A stretch of 64,000 nucleotides of DNA from Felis catus (lineage: Eukaryota): NCBI RefSeq assembly GCF_018350175.1, contig NC_058373.1, forward strand, positions 105,526,001 to 105,590,000. Direction: 5' to 3'. How positions within the stretch are numbered: the first letter of the stretch is position 1; the number at the start of each line of letters is the position of its first letter. Positions 38,966-51,800 of the stretch are shown piece after piece. The notes under the pieces are model-generated. The model was not told where the DNA came from, did no database searches, and was given only the letters and a program-made list of their open reading frames with translations. The position numbers and the translations under genes are program-made.

Positions 38966-39757
38966 GTGGAGGACCACAGATTGCCTTGGTACGGTTGCAG
39001 ATCAGTCCTAGAGAGGGGATGGAGAGTCACTCTGGGAAGGACAGAAGAAATAGCTCTGTCTTCAAAGGGTAAGGGAAAGATGGACTATAAAACAGGGAAT
39101 TGAGATTTGGAATTGGGCTGTATCCTAGGGGGAGTCCCTAAGAAGAGTTTATCTTGGTAAATTTCTACAGACATTGAACAATCATGCTTAGTGTTCAATA
39201 TTAATTTATTTCTATGCTGTAGTATCTTCTAGCTATCTCCAAACCTTCAGTAAAGTCTATTGCACCCATACCACTTGGTGTGTTAGATGAGGAACTAAAG
39301 GAAGGAGCACTGAAGAGTTCTTCTCCTGGCCTCATCTGCCTAGGCTAGCCTCTTGTTAAGGACAAACCATGTTCTTAGCCTTCTTCAGGGGATTCCCAGA
39401 AGCATCACAAGTGGAGGTCCAATGTCGTCTTGAGACCAGTGAGAGGGTCAAGTGATAGGTACACAGGGACCCGTCAAAGCTCCCTTCCCCTCAAGTGTGC
39501 TAGATAAAGGTCAACCTAGAAAGGGTGAAGGGTCAGGGAGGGAGACACCAGCCCTCACTTCAGCTCACTGAAGTCCTGTGCACATGTATCCTTCCTGGGT
39601 CCACTCTGAAAGATGCCTGCTATCTTCATGTCCTGGGGGATGTGTGTGAGTGTGAGACACACAGTGGCAGCCATACTCAGCCACATATGTGGAATGCTGA
39701 GAACCCTCATTAATATACATATTCTATTTTCAGCCATTATATTTTAGGAAAAAGTAA

Positions 39758-39849
39758 TGTGATGGTTTTATTTTATTTTATTTATTTTATCTTATCTTAT
39801 TTAATTTTAATTTTTATTTTATAAAGAGAGCACGTGAGCAGGGGAGAGG

Positions 39850-39899
<50 letters not shown>

Positions 39900-40649
39900 C
39901 CTAAGCAGACTCCACACTCAGCATAGAGCCTGACATGAGACTCGATCCCATGACCCTGGGACTATGACCTGAGCCCAAATCAAGAGTTGGATGGTGAACC
40001 AACTGAGCTACCCAGGTGCCCTGTGATGGTTAATTTTAATGTCACGTTAGCTAGGCTATGGTGTCAAGTTGTTTGGTCAAACACCAGTCGATATGTTGCT
40101 ACGAAGATAATTTTTAGATGTAATAAACATTTATAATCAGTAGACTTTGAATAAAGCAGTTTACTCTCTGTAATGCGGGTGGGCCTCATCTAATCAGTTG
40201 GGTTTTGCTCCGAGACCACAACATAGAAATCTTGCCTGAATCTCTTGCCCACCAGCCTGCTGTGCAGATTTCAGTCTAAAACATCAACTCTTACCTGAAT
40301 ATAGCCTGCTGGCCTGCCCTACAGATTCTAGATTGCCAATGTCCAGACTTACATGAACTAATTCCTAAAACTCAATCTCTTTCTCTTTCTCTCTCTCTCT
40401 CTCTCTAGATATATCTATCTTTCTATCTCTCTCTGTATACAGTATCTATATAATATATAATTATGTATAATAAATATAATATATAATATATATATACATT
40501 GTATCTATTATATTATATAACATAATATAAATATATCTATCTATATTGTATCTGTATCCTTATTTATCTATTTATGTGTCTACAGATATCTAGATCTAGA
40601 TCCATCTGTCCTACTGGTTCTGTTTATCTGGAGAACTCTTACTAAAACA
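39758..40649 (+). mobile_element. ERVL solo LTR (MLT2-like) with internal TA-rich tract
   Basis: tgtgatggttaatttt start, gggtgggcctcatctaatcagttg, end cctactggttctgtttatctggagaactcttactaaaaca. Confidence 0.9.
39768..40021 (-). mobile_element. Older CanSINE at the 5' edge of an MLT2 LTR
   Basis: TSD tgtgatggtt at 39758-39767 and 40022-40031; (GA)n expansion. Confidence 0.96.
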
Positions 40650-43600
40650 GGAAATCTGAAAGGGAATAAATATTTAGTGTGTGGTACTGGAATTAGTCAA
40701 CATCCTAATAGATTCAGCATATTTTGCTGACTTCTACCTAGAATTCCCATGAACATGCGGCTAAAAACCTTTGTCTGCTTGGGAAACCACGTAGAACTCT
40801 GCTCTTGGTCCAGGGCTTCTGGTTAAGAATCTTTGAAAGCATTGTCTACTTGCTCCATGTCCTTCATTCTTATCCAGGGACTAGAAAATGGCAATGTCCA
40901 CACCCTTATGTCATCCCGTATTGTCTTTGTCCCATTAGCAACCGCATGTGGCTGTCTGTGGTGAGTAATTGAACAATCGCTCAGGGAAGTGAACGTGCTA
41001 ATGATGCGTGGCAGTTTTACAAACACTGTCTGTTTGAGTTAGACCCGAAGTGTCCTCTGATTTAAAGATTCTTCTGTGACTATCAGAGTCTTGGGAATGA
41101 TGCTGGCCAGAAAGAATGTGCCTGGCCATTATTGTGCCAATTTTATAATTCATCTTTTAATAATCTGTAACTGAAGAGCTGAGTGGAACTCATCAAACCC
41201 TGCCTTGTTTCTCACTGGGGAGCTTTCTGCGTTTTGTTACTGAGCCAAAGCTGAATGCAGCTGCTGGAGCTGTCACCGGTATTCTGGCTCACCCAAATAT
41301 TGATAATAATTACTCTTGCTTCACGTGGAAAGCATTTATTTAAATATGTGTAATGGAAAGACTGTTATTATTGATATTAAAGCTTTGCAGTGAGTACATC
41401 ACAATGTGGATACGACATTCGTAAACTGTGTTTGGGAAAAGCTGTATCTCCCCCTGCGTAGTATGCAGGACCCTGGGCTGGTATTGTTGATCATCTGTTC
41501 TTTATAGAAATAGGGAGAAGTTATTATCAGAGAATAATTAAACCCATGGAAACGTCCAACTGTTGGCAGGCTCTTGCCATCCCCAACACCATACTACAGC
41601 TTGTTAGGATCAGCAAAATCAAACAGCTGGGGCATTCAGTCCGAGGGGGGTAAATAGCATAATGAATTTTCTTTACCCTGTCATTATTCCTCTTCTGGCT
41701 TTCCTGGATTACAGACACAAGTAGGTCACGTTGCATTTACCCACCCTTTATGCAAAGTGCTTTGGAGTGGAGCCTGGGGCCTGGTCCAACTGGGAATGAC
41801 CATCTTATCATTGCCGGAATGAAAAGCTGCTTTTAAACCTTGTCAGCCACATTACCAGGAAGCCCTTTGCTGGCACAAACCCACTGCTTTCTATTTCCTT
41901 CTTATATTTTTCCCTTTTTTGTTCCCCTTGCCTTTCCTTATTTGCCTGCCCTGGTGGTCTTTTGTTTCCTGAATCAAATCCTCTTTGTTCTTTATGATGT
42001 GGGACATCTTAGTTCCTCTAATCAAGACAATTTTACATCATAGATCGTGTCTGATCACCTCCAAGGGAACGTTTGGAGCCTTGTCGAGGTAGGCTTTGAG
42101 CAGCAAGGACCTCATCTGGGCCTCAGCTGTATCCACAACAGGTAAGTTGACCTGATGACTGTTTGTAGGGGGCTAAGGAGATCTTGTGAGAAACAGCCCT
42201 TGGGGTGGAGGGGGATTTTATCTGAACATCTTACTCATCAGAGAGAAGGAGGAAGATGGAGTCCAGCCATGGAGTTGATATGAGACTCGAATCACAGCCC
42301 AGCTCCTGGAGCCCTTCTGGGCTTGGAAGAGAGGGGCAACTGTAAATAAAAGCCATGCCATGCCAATCTGTGACACATGGGGGCTCAGTGACCTACTGCA
42401 TAGGGACCCATCTATAGAGTGTGCCACAAAGGCAGGGAGCCTCTTCTCCACGGGAGGATTGCAGGGCTGGGAGCAATTGCAGGCAGCAATTGTCCTGTCT
42501 GCCAGGTGGCCCCCAGCAGAAGTGTGCCGTGCTTCCCAGAGCAGCCTCTGCCAGCCATGCACTGTGGGTGCTGTGGGAACCGCACATGGAAGACAGACTC
42601 TGGAGACTCCCAGAAATACATGAACGGGGAGCACTCCTCAAGCAGCTGGAAATTTCTTATTAGCACATTGGACCGGTGTCAGCAAAACGGAGAGATGAAT
42701 ACTAATGATTTAGACCATATTTGTCCAAATGGGATGGTGATCCTTGGGGGACCCTGAGTTCCGTTAGAATATGCCTGAACAAATGGACAATACACCTTTG
42801 CCCTTCTCTTACACATGTATTAGGTGGTCCATCTTGGGTGGTCAGATCCTTATTCCATGTTTTCTGAGTTCTTTGCCAAAAACGGTGAGCTAAGTTCCTT
42901 AAGAAGCGCTTCTGGATTTCCCAAGTGATCTTAGATCAAAGCAAGAATAAGAATCGTTTTTGCCTTAAAATAGAGCTGTAGTCTAAAATTTGACCAGCTT
43001 TGTAATTGCCTATTGGCTAATGAAGAAGTTTGTTTCCAATGAGTAGCTTTTGTGACTTAAGTGGATTCACTGGAAAGAAAAACTGGAGAAAAGTTTAGGA
43101 GACGTAATATCTTTAAGACAGAAAAACACTGGGTAAAAAACAAAGTGATGAAAAGAATGTTATGCTTAGCCAAGTCAGCCATTTAATGACAAAACTTCTC
43201 TTGTTTAAATTGGGGACTGTCTATTTTGGCCGATTTAAGTAGTCTTAAAGAATATTCTTCATTTCTGAAAGCTTTGTTATAAGAAAGCCAAGTAGTCAGA
43301 ATGTACTGATAAGTTTCAGAGCACTTTTGTTTTTGGGTAGACTTGAGGTTCAGAAAGATGCATCGTGTAATTTCGTAGAAATCCCTTATAATGCAGTATG
43401 AAATTATGCTCACATGCTCTGAAGTGTCTCGTAACAGCTCTGGCCACATCTTGGATATTCATTGTCTGAGAATGTATAATTTAAGAAATTGTAAAGATAT
43501 GGTAGAATTCTGATCTAAAGAATTCTCAGGGAATGGATTGCCACTCACTTGAAAGTTATGTAAACTCTTCTAAAACAATTCTCAACCTCTGCTACCTTCA

Positions 43601-43929
43601 TTCCCCCAGTGCAAAAATTTCAGAGCCTTCAAGGATGTGTTCTTCCAGCTTGGTCTGGTGATCTGTAATATCGTAAAGAATTTGTTGGTTCGTGGGATAC
43701 TTCCCACTCATTTGATGCCATGATTTTAGGCCTTGCCTTCTGCTCTGTTTTTGTGCTCAGCTGACTGTTAGTTTCTTGCTAAGTTGCTAAGTGATAATTA
43801 AGGCCTTAGCTTCAGGCAGGGGGACTGACCGACCCTTCAAAAAAAAAAAAAAAAAAAAAAAAAAGGCCAAATTTGGTGTATCTCTGGTAGATGAGCATAT
43901 TTTAGGGGAAATTTTAAATCAGAATTTTA

Positions 43930-44125
43930 GGGGTGCCTGCGTAACTCAGTCTGTTGAGCATCAGACTCTTGATTTTGGCTCAGCTCATGATCTCTTGGTA
44001 TGTGAGATCAAGCCCCATGTTAGGCTCTACACTGATCATGCAACCTACTTAAGATTCTTTCTTTCTCCTTCTGCCCCTCTCTTGGCTCATGTGCTCTCTC
44101 TGTCTCTCTCAAATTTAAAAAAAAA
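43930..44125 (+). mobile_element. Older CanSINE
   Basis: Diverged full element; degenerate TSD aaatcagaat / aaatcataat. Confidence 0.93.
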
Positions 44126-44310
44126 ATCATAATCTGAAAGAGTTTTGTAACAAAAATCTTAAAAACAAAGGACTTGAGGAATTGTACTTAGCATTGATGT
44201 TTCTTGAGAACTTGAATCTCAATCTAGTGAGTGATGAAATGAATGGTAATGTGATGGGTGCTTGGGGGCCTGGGGACATCAAACAATATCCTTTAAATTC
44301 TACTATTTTT

Positions 44311-44516
44311 TCTGAAAGGTTATTTATTTATTTTGAGAGTGACAGAGACAGAGCAAGTGGGGGAGGGGCAGAGAGAGAGGGAGAGAGAATCCCAAGCAGG
44401 CTCCACACTGCCAGCTCAGAGCCCAGCACAGTGCTCGAACTTACGAACCGTGAGATCATGACTTTAGCCAAAACCAAGAGTCAGACGCTTAATCGACTGT
44501 GCCACCCAGGTGCCCC
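44311..44516 (-). mobile_element. CanSINE
   Basis: TSD aattctactattttt on both sides. Confidence 0.97.
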
Positions 44517-44590
44517 TCAATTCTACTATTTTTAAGGTTGGCTTTCTTGTGGGCTGTTCCAAGAAGCTAACAATTTTCTCTTTGTCTTTC

Positions 44591-44855
44591 TTTTTTAATT
44601 TTTTAAAATTATTTATTTTAAATAAAATTTATTTATTTTAAATTGTTATTATTTTTTTTTAAATTGTTTATTTTTTTAAGAGAGAGAAAGACAGAACATG
44701 AGCAGGGGAGGGGAAGAGGAGACACAGAACCTGAAGCGGGCCCCAGGCTCTGAGCTGTCAACATAGAACATGATGCGGGGCTCCAACCACAAACTGTGAG
44801 ATCATGACCTGAGCCAAAGTTGGTTGCTTAACCGACTGGGCCACCCAGGTGCCCC
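44591..44855 (-). mobile_element. CanSINE with long patterned tail
   Basis: TSD tctttgtctttc at 44579-44590 and 44856-44867. Confidence 0.97.
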
Positions 44856-45022
44856 TCTTTGTCTTTCCTGTGAATCAGTGGTTGGGGTTTCTTGACTTGA
44901 GCTTTGCTTACAAGTGTACTTCTTTCAGAGGAACTATTCCAGTCTGGAGAAGTTGTATGCAAATGCATATATGGTGAATTGAATACTGCTTTAACTCTTT
45001 AAGGTCAGCACATTTTAAAGAA

Positions 45023-45024
<2 letters not shown>

Positions 45025-45064
<40 letters not shown>
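45025..45064. repeat. (TG)20 microsatellite
   Basis: Perfect TG run. Confidence 0.99.
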
Positions 45065-45071
<7 letters not shown>

Positions 45072-45183
45072 CCTTTGCATGGTGAAGAATGACCAAATAA
45101 TTCATTTACTCAGGGGAACCCAGGTTTTTCATGTACCAGATCCACTTTAAATGGGATGATCTTTTATAGTGTGGTCTGCTCTC

Positions 45184-45384
45184 GGGGGCATCTGTGTGGC
45201 TTAGTTGGTTGAGTGTCCAACTTTGGCTCACATCATGATCTCATGGTTTGTGAGTTCGAGCCCCACATGAGGCTCACTGCTGTCAGCAAAGAGCCTGTTT
45301 TGAATCCTCTGTTCCCCTTCTTTCTGCCCCTTCCCCACTTGTGCTCTCTCTCTCAAAAATAAATAAACCTTTAAAATATATATA
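45184..45384 (+). mobile_element. CanSINE
   Basis: TSD tatagtgtggtctgctct / tatggtgtggtctactct. Confidence 0.96.
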
Positions 45385-46509
45385 TATGGTGTGGTCTACT
45401 CTACACCAGAACTTTTATCTGGAAAGTCAATTAGGGCATCAGATTTCCCATACTGCTGCTTCTCCTGAATATAATTCTTTTTTACTCAGATATTGATTAA
45501 AGAAAGTAAAGCAGTGGAACTGTGGATTTGATCTATAAGGCATGTAGTTCATTCAAAGAAAAGTGTTGGAGAATTAGAATTACTAGTTGTCTGTTTGTTT
45601 GTTTTTGGATGGAAACCATAAAAATTCCTACAATTCACAGGGGTAAAGATAGGTCCCTAGTGGCAATCTAATTTCAATATCTTGTATTTCTTTATCGAAG
45701 GCATACACATTTGGATACAAAAGTGTCACGATACTCAACACTTTACTTAATTTTTAAAGTTCATTTTTAAACATACACATTTGTGTTTCTGGAATATATT
45801 TGACTCGATAAATATTTATGCCTTCCTCTTCCATTTTTCTTTTGTTGCTATTGTGTATCCCCTACAGAGCATTTGCAGGCATCAACTTTCATGCAGGCCA
45901 GACTGGGGCAAGGGTGGGGCCAGTGCCGTGGGTGGGGGGAGTGTAAATGGTGAGGGTCCAGGGTGCACAACCCACTTGATACTGGAGGCCTTTGGGGGGC
46001 TGGAGTTGGTTGGGAGAGGGGGAATGGAGGGTAGGAGGAGCCCCAAGGTAAGCACAGCTGGCGAGCTATTGTGGCAAGAAAATGAGGAAGGGCTGAGAAG
46101 AGCTAAATTAAAGAAAATACAAAGGAGCAAAGAGATGAGAGAGAACACCCAAAGAGAAGGGAGAGACTTGACAGAAGAGGAAGTGAGGGGTATGTAAAGT
46201 ACACAAGGATGAAAGGTAGGGTATGAAAGGAGGGGCTGGCCTCTGTTTAAGAACATTAAGAATAGGAAGTGATTCATACAAGACCGGGAACAGAGGATTG
46301 GTCTCAGAGGGTGAGGAAGTAGTTTTCTAGAGTGTTCTGTGTCTGCTTTCTTCTCTCTCTCTCTCTCTCTAAAACTGAGAACAAGGATCGGGGGGCTATG
46401 AGGAGACCCTTCTTCATCTCTTCCCAGCTTAGGACAGGTTGTGTGGGGACTGTCCTGCCGGTGGTAAGAGATACCATATAGAGCCTGTAGGGTCTGACAG
46501 ATGTGTTAT

Positions 46510-46635
46510 TCCTCCCTCTGTGACCTCAGGCAAATAGCTGAGTCCTCTGAGCCTCAGGCTTTTCATCTGTAAAATAAGATGAGAGTATTTACCTCCCCAA
46601 GTTGCTGCTGGAAATGAGATACTGTGCCATGTGCC
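46510..46635 (+). mobile_element. MIR fragment
   Basis: tgtgacctcaggcaa...ctctgagcctcag...catctgtaaaataagat. Confidence 0.75.
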
Positions 46636-47349
46636 TGAATTTAATTCTTAATCTCCTCTCAGCCTCTTTCAGAAAACTGCCTCATGGGTATGGGGAGTTA
46701 CTGCTCTGTGAGAATGCCCAGGGACAATCACTGAGGGGCACATGATTCTCTGGGACTGGAGTGGCCATTAGTCCCTCACAGGCCTAGTTCTAGTTCCCCC
46801 ACATCTAGTGGAGATGGAACTTAAGGACTTCATCTGTCTCCAGCACAGTAGCCTGCAAAGCACTGGTTCTCCAGTTCACCCTCCATAGGATGCAGCTCAA
46901 TGTGTTGCTTACACATCTTTTTGGGCTGACCTGCTTAATTACTCTACAATCCAAATGTACACAAAAATCAACATAACCAGTCAACTTCTAACTTTTAATT
47001 TTGATTGTAATAATCACGTACTCCCTCTATAATAGTCTCCTTGAATATTTTAGACCTCCTTGCCATGAAATCATGATGAAAAATGGTGGAATAACTGGTC
47101 GTGGCATTGATATTTTGGGGCCTGGAAACCTTAACTGATAGCCTTTAAATTTAGTGAGGCTGGCTTGCCTGTGGGTTCTTAAAAAGAAACTCACAATCTT
47201 TCTCTTGTATAGGATAAGTGATTTTGGTGTTTTGAACTTAGAGTTTGCCTCCTGGTACGCTTCTCTTCAAGCTCAGAGTCGATTTCATTTATTTCCCTCT
47301 ACCATGTACTCTCCCCTGTGCTCATTCCCATCTTCCTCCTTTTCACCTT

Positions 47350-48120
47350 TTTTTTTTAATTGAATAAATTTGACATGTAACATTGTGTAAATGGAAGGTT
47401 TATACAATTTAAATTTACCTTGATACATTTATATATTATAATATGGTTGCCATTGTAGTGATATTTACCACATGATGCAATTGTAGTACAATATTATTTA
47501 TATTCTTTATATTATGTATTAGGTCTCTATTCACTACTTGTTGAAAGTTTGTTCTCTTAAACACCGTCCATCTTATCCCCACCTCCACCCCACCTCCCAG
47601 TAACCACCATTTTACTCTCTGTTTTCTTTCTTTTTTTATTTATTTATTTTTATTTATTTTTAAATTTTTTTTTCAACGTTTATTTATTTTTGGGACAGAG
47701 AGACACAGAGCATGAATGGGGGAGGGGCAGAGAGAGAGGGAGACACAGAATTGGAAACAGGCTCCAGGCTCCGAGCCATCAGCCCAGAGCCTGACACGGG
47801 GCTCGAACTCACGGACCGCGAGATCGTGACCTGGCTGAAGTCGGACGCTTAACCGACTGCGCCAGCCAGGCGCCCCTCTTTCTTTTTTTACAGTAAGGTT
47901 TGACTTTTTTTTATATTCCACATATAAATGATGTCTTATGGTACTTGTTTTCCTCTGACTTAACTTGCTTAGCATAATGTGCTCATGGTCCATCCACTGT
48001 TGTTGCAAATGAAAGGATAGCCTCTTTTCTTGTGGCTAATTTCCATTGTGTATCTGTACCACATCTATTTTATCCGTTCATGTGTTGATGAACATTAGTT
48101 TCTGGGTCTTGGCTGTTATT
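47350..48120 (-). mobile_element. L1 3' end (L1MA9/carnivore-like), interrupted by a CanSINE
   Basis: gtaaccaccattttactctctgttt, ttccacatataaatga, ctctgacttaacttgcttagcataatg. Confidence 0.9.
47639..47876 (-). mobile_element. Young feliform CanSINE
   Basis: CpG-intact; perfect TSD tctttcttttttta. Confidence 0.99.
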
Positions 48121-48334
48121 TATTCATTCTTTCTATCTGAGATTCAGTGTGGATCTAGAAAATGGAGTTAATATTACTTCTTTTGCCAAGCAATCATGAA
48201 AATAAAATGCAACTATGTAGTTGTTAAGTACACAGAAGATATCTAGGAGGTCTTCAATAAATAATAGTTATGAATGAGTACAGTATAGATTTTGCATATA
48301 TTTGAATTATTAATTTACAAATAACAGGATAAGA

Positions 48335-48570
48335 GGGGCACCTGGGTGGCTCAGTGAATTGAGCTTCCGACTTCAGCTCAGGTCATGATTTTGTGTTTGT
48401 TGGTTCAAGCCTTGCATCAGGCTCTGTGCTGATGGCTCAGAGCCTGGAGCCTGCTTCGGATTCTGTGTCTCCCTCTCTCTCTGCCCCTCCCCTGCTTGCG
48501 CTCAGTCTCTCTCAAACAAACAAACAAAGAAAAAGTGAAAAAAAAATTGAAAAAAAAAAAAAAACACCCA
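48335..48570 (+). mobile_element. CanSINE
   Basis: Full element; degenerate TSD acaggataaga / gcaggctaaga. Confidence 0.97.
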
Positions 48571-48639
48571 AAAAGCAGGCTAAGAGATGAAGCAGGAAAG
48601 GCAACACAACCAAGAGTGAGGAGTTCTAAATTCTAGATT

Positions 48640-49068
48640 CACATGGAACATTTTGTCCTCTGCTCATTTTCTGGGAATTTTCCTCCCAACCACATTGTTG
48701 TGGTGGAAGCAGTCATGTTACCATGTGACCGTGTTCCTGGGTTTTGAGTTCTTGATTGAGAAGTTGGCAGCTGACTTAGCTGGGTCAGTGAGTTTATTCC
48801 CTGAATTTGGGCTTCAGGTGGGGAAGTCAAGGAAGCAGGTTGAGAGAGAAAGAGAGAAAAAACGCATTGAAGCAGCAGGTGTAGAGGAAAGGGAAATCAA
48901 GGCTGCAGACAGGGCTTGGATTCCGTCAGGTTCCTGAGTCTGCTTATATTTCTGCCCTCAAGATCCTGGAGGCATTTCTGTATCCATGTGGTAATTATTC
49001 TCCTTTTTTGCTTAAACTAGTCTGAGGTGACATTCTGTTGCTTGCAACTAAAGGGCCTAACTAATACA
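48640..49068 (+). mobile_element. Ancient MaLR LTR (MLT1J/K/L-like)
   Basis: 3' end ttttttgcttaaactagtctgagg...ctgttgcttgcaactaaagggcctaactaataca. Confidence 0.7.
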
Positions 49069-49420
49069 GTGACCAAGTAGACATATATGTATCTCAGGAC
49101 CTCAGTTTTTTTTTTTTTATCCATAAAATAAGCAGTGTAAACTGAATTATCTATGCGACTCCTCTGATTTCTGTAATTTTAAATGTTTGTGTGTGTGCTT
49201 ATCTGTGTGCATGTGTGGTTGTGGGAGGTGATAAGGGTGTAGGCAATCATGAGGTTCTCCATCTGTTGCCAGATAAAAATGTTAAATGGGCCACAAATGA
49301 TAAATGGAACCCAAACCAGCAAGTTTTAGACAGTAAACACTTTGAGGGGGTTGTCAACTGCATATATGACATGGTTACATAGAAACACAGCTTTCAATTA
49401 TTTACCTGGAGTCACTTCTT

Positions 49421-49633
49421 TTTTTTTTTTACATTTATTTATTTTTGAGAGACAGAGATAGAGCACAAGTCGGGGAGGGGCAGAGACAGAGGGAAACACA
49501 GAATCCGAAGTAGGGTCCAGGCTCTGAGATGTTAGCACAGAGCCCGACACGGGGCTCGAACTCACAAACTGTGAGATCATGACCTGAGCTGAAGTCGGAC
49601 ACTTAACCGACTGAGCCATCACCCAGGCACCCC
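49421..49633 (-). mobile_element. CanSINE
   Basis: TSD cctggagtcacttctt at 49405-49420 and 49636-49651. Confidence 0.98.
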
Positions 49634-50289
49634 TTCCTGGAGTCACTTCTTAACTTCAGGTGTTGATGAGCATAGGTGTCAATGTGTCAAAGAAGGGTTT
49701 TTAAATTGCCATTCAGGAAAAGAAGGAAAAACAATTGGAAATTGGTAAATAGGATGCTCCAGAAGGAGGTAATATCAGCACCGATTGATTGTCCCTGAAA
49801 CCTGAATCTGGGACAACTCTTTTCAAATAACTCCTGACTTTGAAGCAGGGAAGAACAGGTGTGCTGCAGCTGTCCCATCAGGAGAGAGTGTGGCAGGTGC
49901 AATAAGGCGTCCTGGCTTCTCGATGATGATTTATGAGCTTTGGGCTTCAGTTGCCATGTGCTTGATGGAGATGTAATTTGTCATTGTTTTAGGGAATGTA
50001 GTTCCAAAGATCTGAGAAAGTAAATCCCAGCCCCACCATACTCATGGTTTATTTTTAGGAGATCTTTCTGCTAATCACTTTGGGTGGGTGAGTTTTGTTG
50101 CCTCATATCTGGAGTGGAAGAGAAGTTTCTTTGTTTTTTAGTGAGAATTAGCTTTCGTCTATTCTAAACTCAACTTTATTTCCCATACACACGTTAAAAG
50201 CCATTAGCATATCAATATGCACTACTCAAGTTCAGCCTGTAGGGTGGAGTCTGCCAACTATGGGGGTAACACTCTCTTATCCCACAGGC

Positions 50290-50500
50290 TGTCTTGGTTA
50301 GTGGCTAAGAGCCCAGACTTAGCCTTGGACTGCCTAGGTTCAAATCCTAGCTCTGCCACTTATTTGTGTGACCTTGGAGTTATATAACATCTCTGTGCCT
50401 GAAGCTCCTCATTTATAACACAAAGGTAACCTTAACAGAATGGGTAAACATATGCCAAGCACTTGTATGAGTGCCTGGCACCTGGCAAATGCTATGATTA
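50290..50500 (+). mobile_element. MIR
   Basis: gtggctaagagc...ggttcaaatcctagctctgccactta...tgtgaccttgg...gtgcctggcac. Confidence 0.85.
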
Positions 50501-51286
50501 TTCTGAATTAGAGACAGTGATTTATTTCTTCATTAGAAGAACAGGCTTAAAAATCAAGTCTCCCCTGCCCCCACAACAACCGAGACTACCTTAAACCACA
50601 CTAAGGTAAAATTTGTGTGATGTCTGATGCCTTTCTCAGAATGGATCCTGATGGGAAGGACTGGGCAACCTGATGTTGAAAGAAGGTCCCCGGAAAAGAA
50701 TCCCAGACCATCCCTGGGTAGCAAACTTTCACTTTCATGGACGGAGCTCCAGGGCAGATTGAGAGATTTGCCTCTTCTTCTGGTTCTTGCTGCCCTGTCC
50801 CGGGAGCCTGGCAAGCCAGGGTTCCCCAGGGAGACCCCCCAGTCAGAACTGTGACACTGTGCTCCTCTCACAACAATGGGACGGTTACAGAGTGGGTTTG
50901 AAATAAGCCGTCTTTTGCTTTTTCACAGTGTGTCAATAGAGAACGGGGTTCAGGTGAAAAAAAATCACCTATCGTTCTTCATCATCCAGGGAATCACTCA
51001 CCCACTGCAAAGAACACGCCCCGGGCAGCTGTGAGGATGCAAAGCATCAGGCCCCAAACCAGCTGGCACATCAGAAGGGGTGTTTTCTGGCTCTGCAAAG
51101 CTGGTGGTTAGTACATTGTTAGAGCTGGCTCCTGCAGTGATCAGCCCAGCTTTAGGCAAGGGGAACTTAGAGTAGGGAACACGAGGCCTTGATAGATGGG
51201 TTTCACAATCCTAAAGAGATTTTTGTGAGTGGCACTTTCCTTCCCAACATGGGTCACTTGAGAAGCTTCTATGCATCTTGCCGCAT

Positions 51287-51800
51287 TGTTAGGCAATAAT
51301 TCTCTGTGGGTCACTCACATGGCTGCATATCTTGTGAGCAGTGACACTGGCTGACCTTCGTCCTGAACAAGAATGTGTGCATAGTGATCAGCCTGGAAGA
51401 TAGGATCTCCCTCTTGGGCGAAGGGCAGGCATGCTTATTGTCCCTTATAATAAAGATCGCGTCCACCTCTGGAGAAAAGGGCAGGCAAACATCTACTACC
51501 TATTATTAAAGATTTGGATTTCCTCAGCTCGGACTTCCCTCTCACAATGCAACCTCCTGTGTGTGCAGATGTTATCATCCCCTTTTTTTTGCACAGCCTT
51601 AAAATTAGGCATTGGAGTTTGAGAAACTTGCACAACCAAATGCCAATACTCCGGCTACTGCTACTGCTGCGAGTAGTTAACTGTCCTTCATCTCTGATCC
51701 AGGAGTGTTGCCTCTTCTATCAGCATCCATGAAACTGTGGTACGCTAACTTGCTAGCTTGCAAGTTGGATAAAATACCAGATCCTTTATAATTTTTGACA
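51287..51800 (+). mobile_element. Solo LTR, MER21-like (ERVL class)
   Basis: TG...CA ends (tgttaggcaataattctc...ttttgaca), internal aagggcaggc repeat, 5-bp TSD cgcat / tgcat. Confidence 0.85.
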
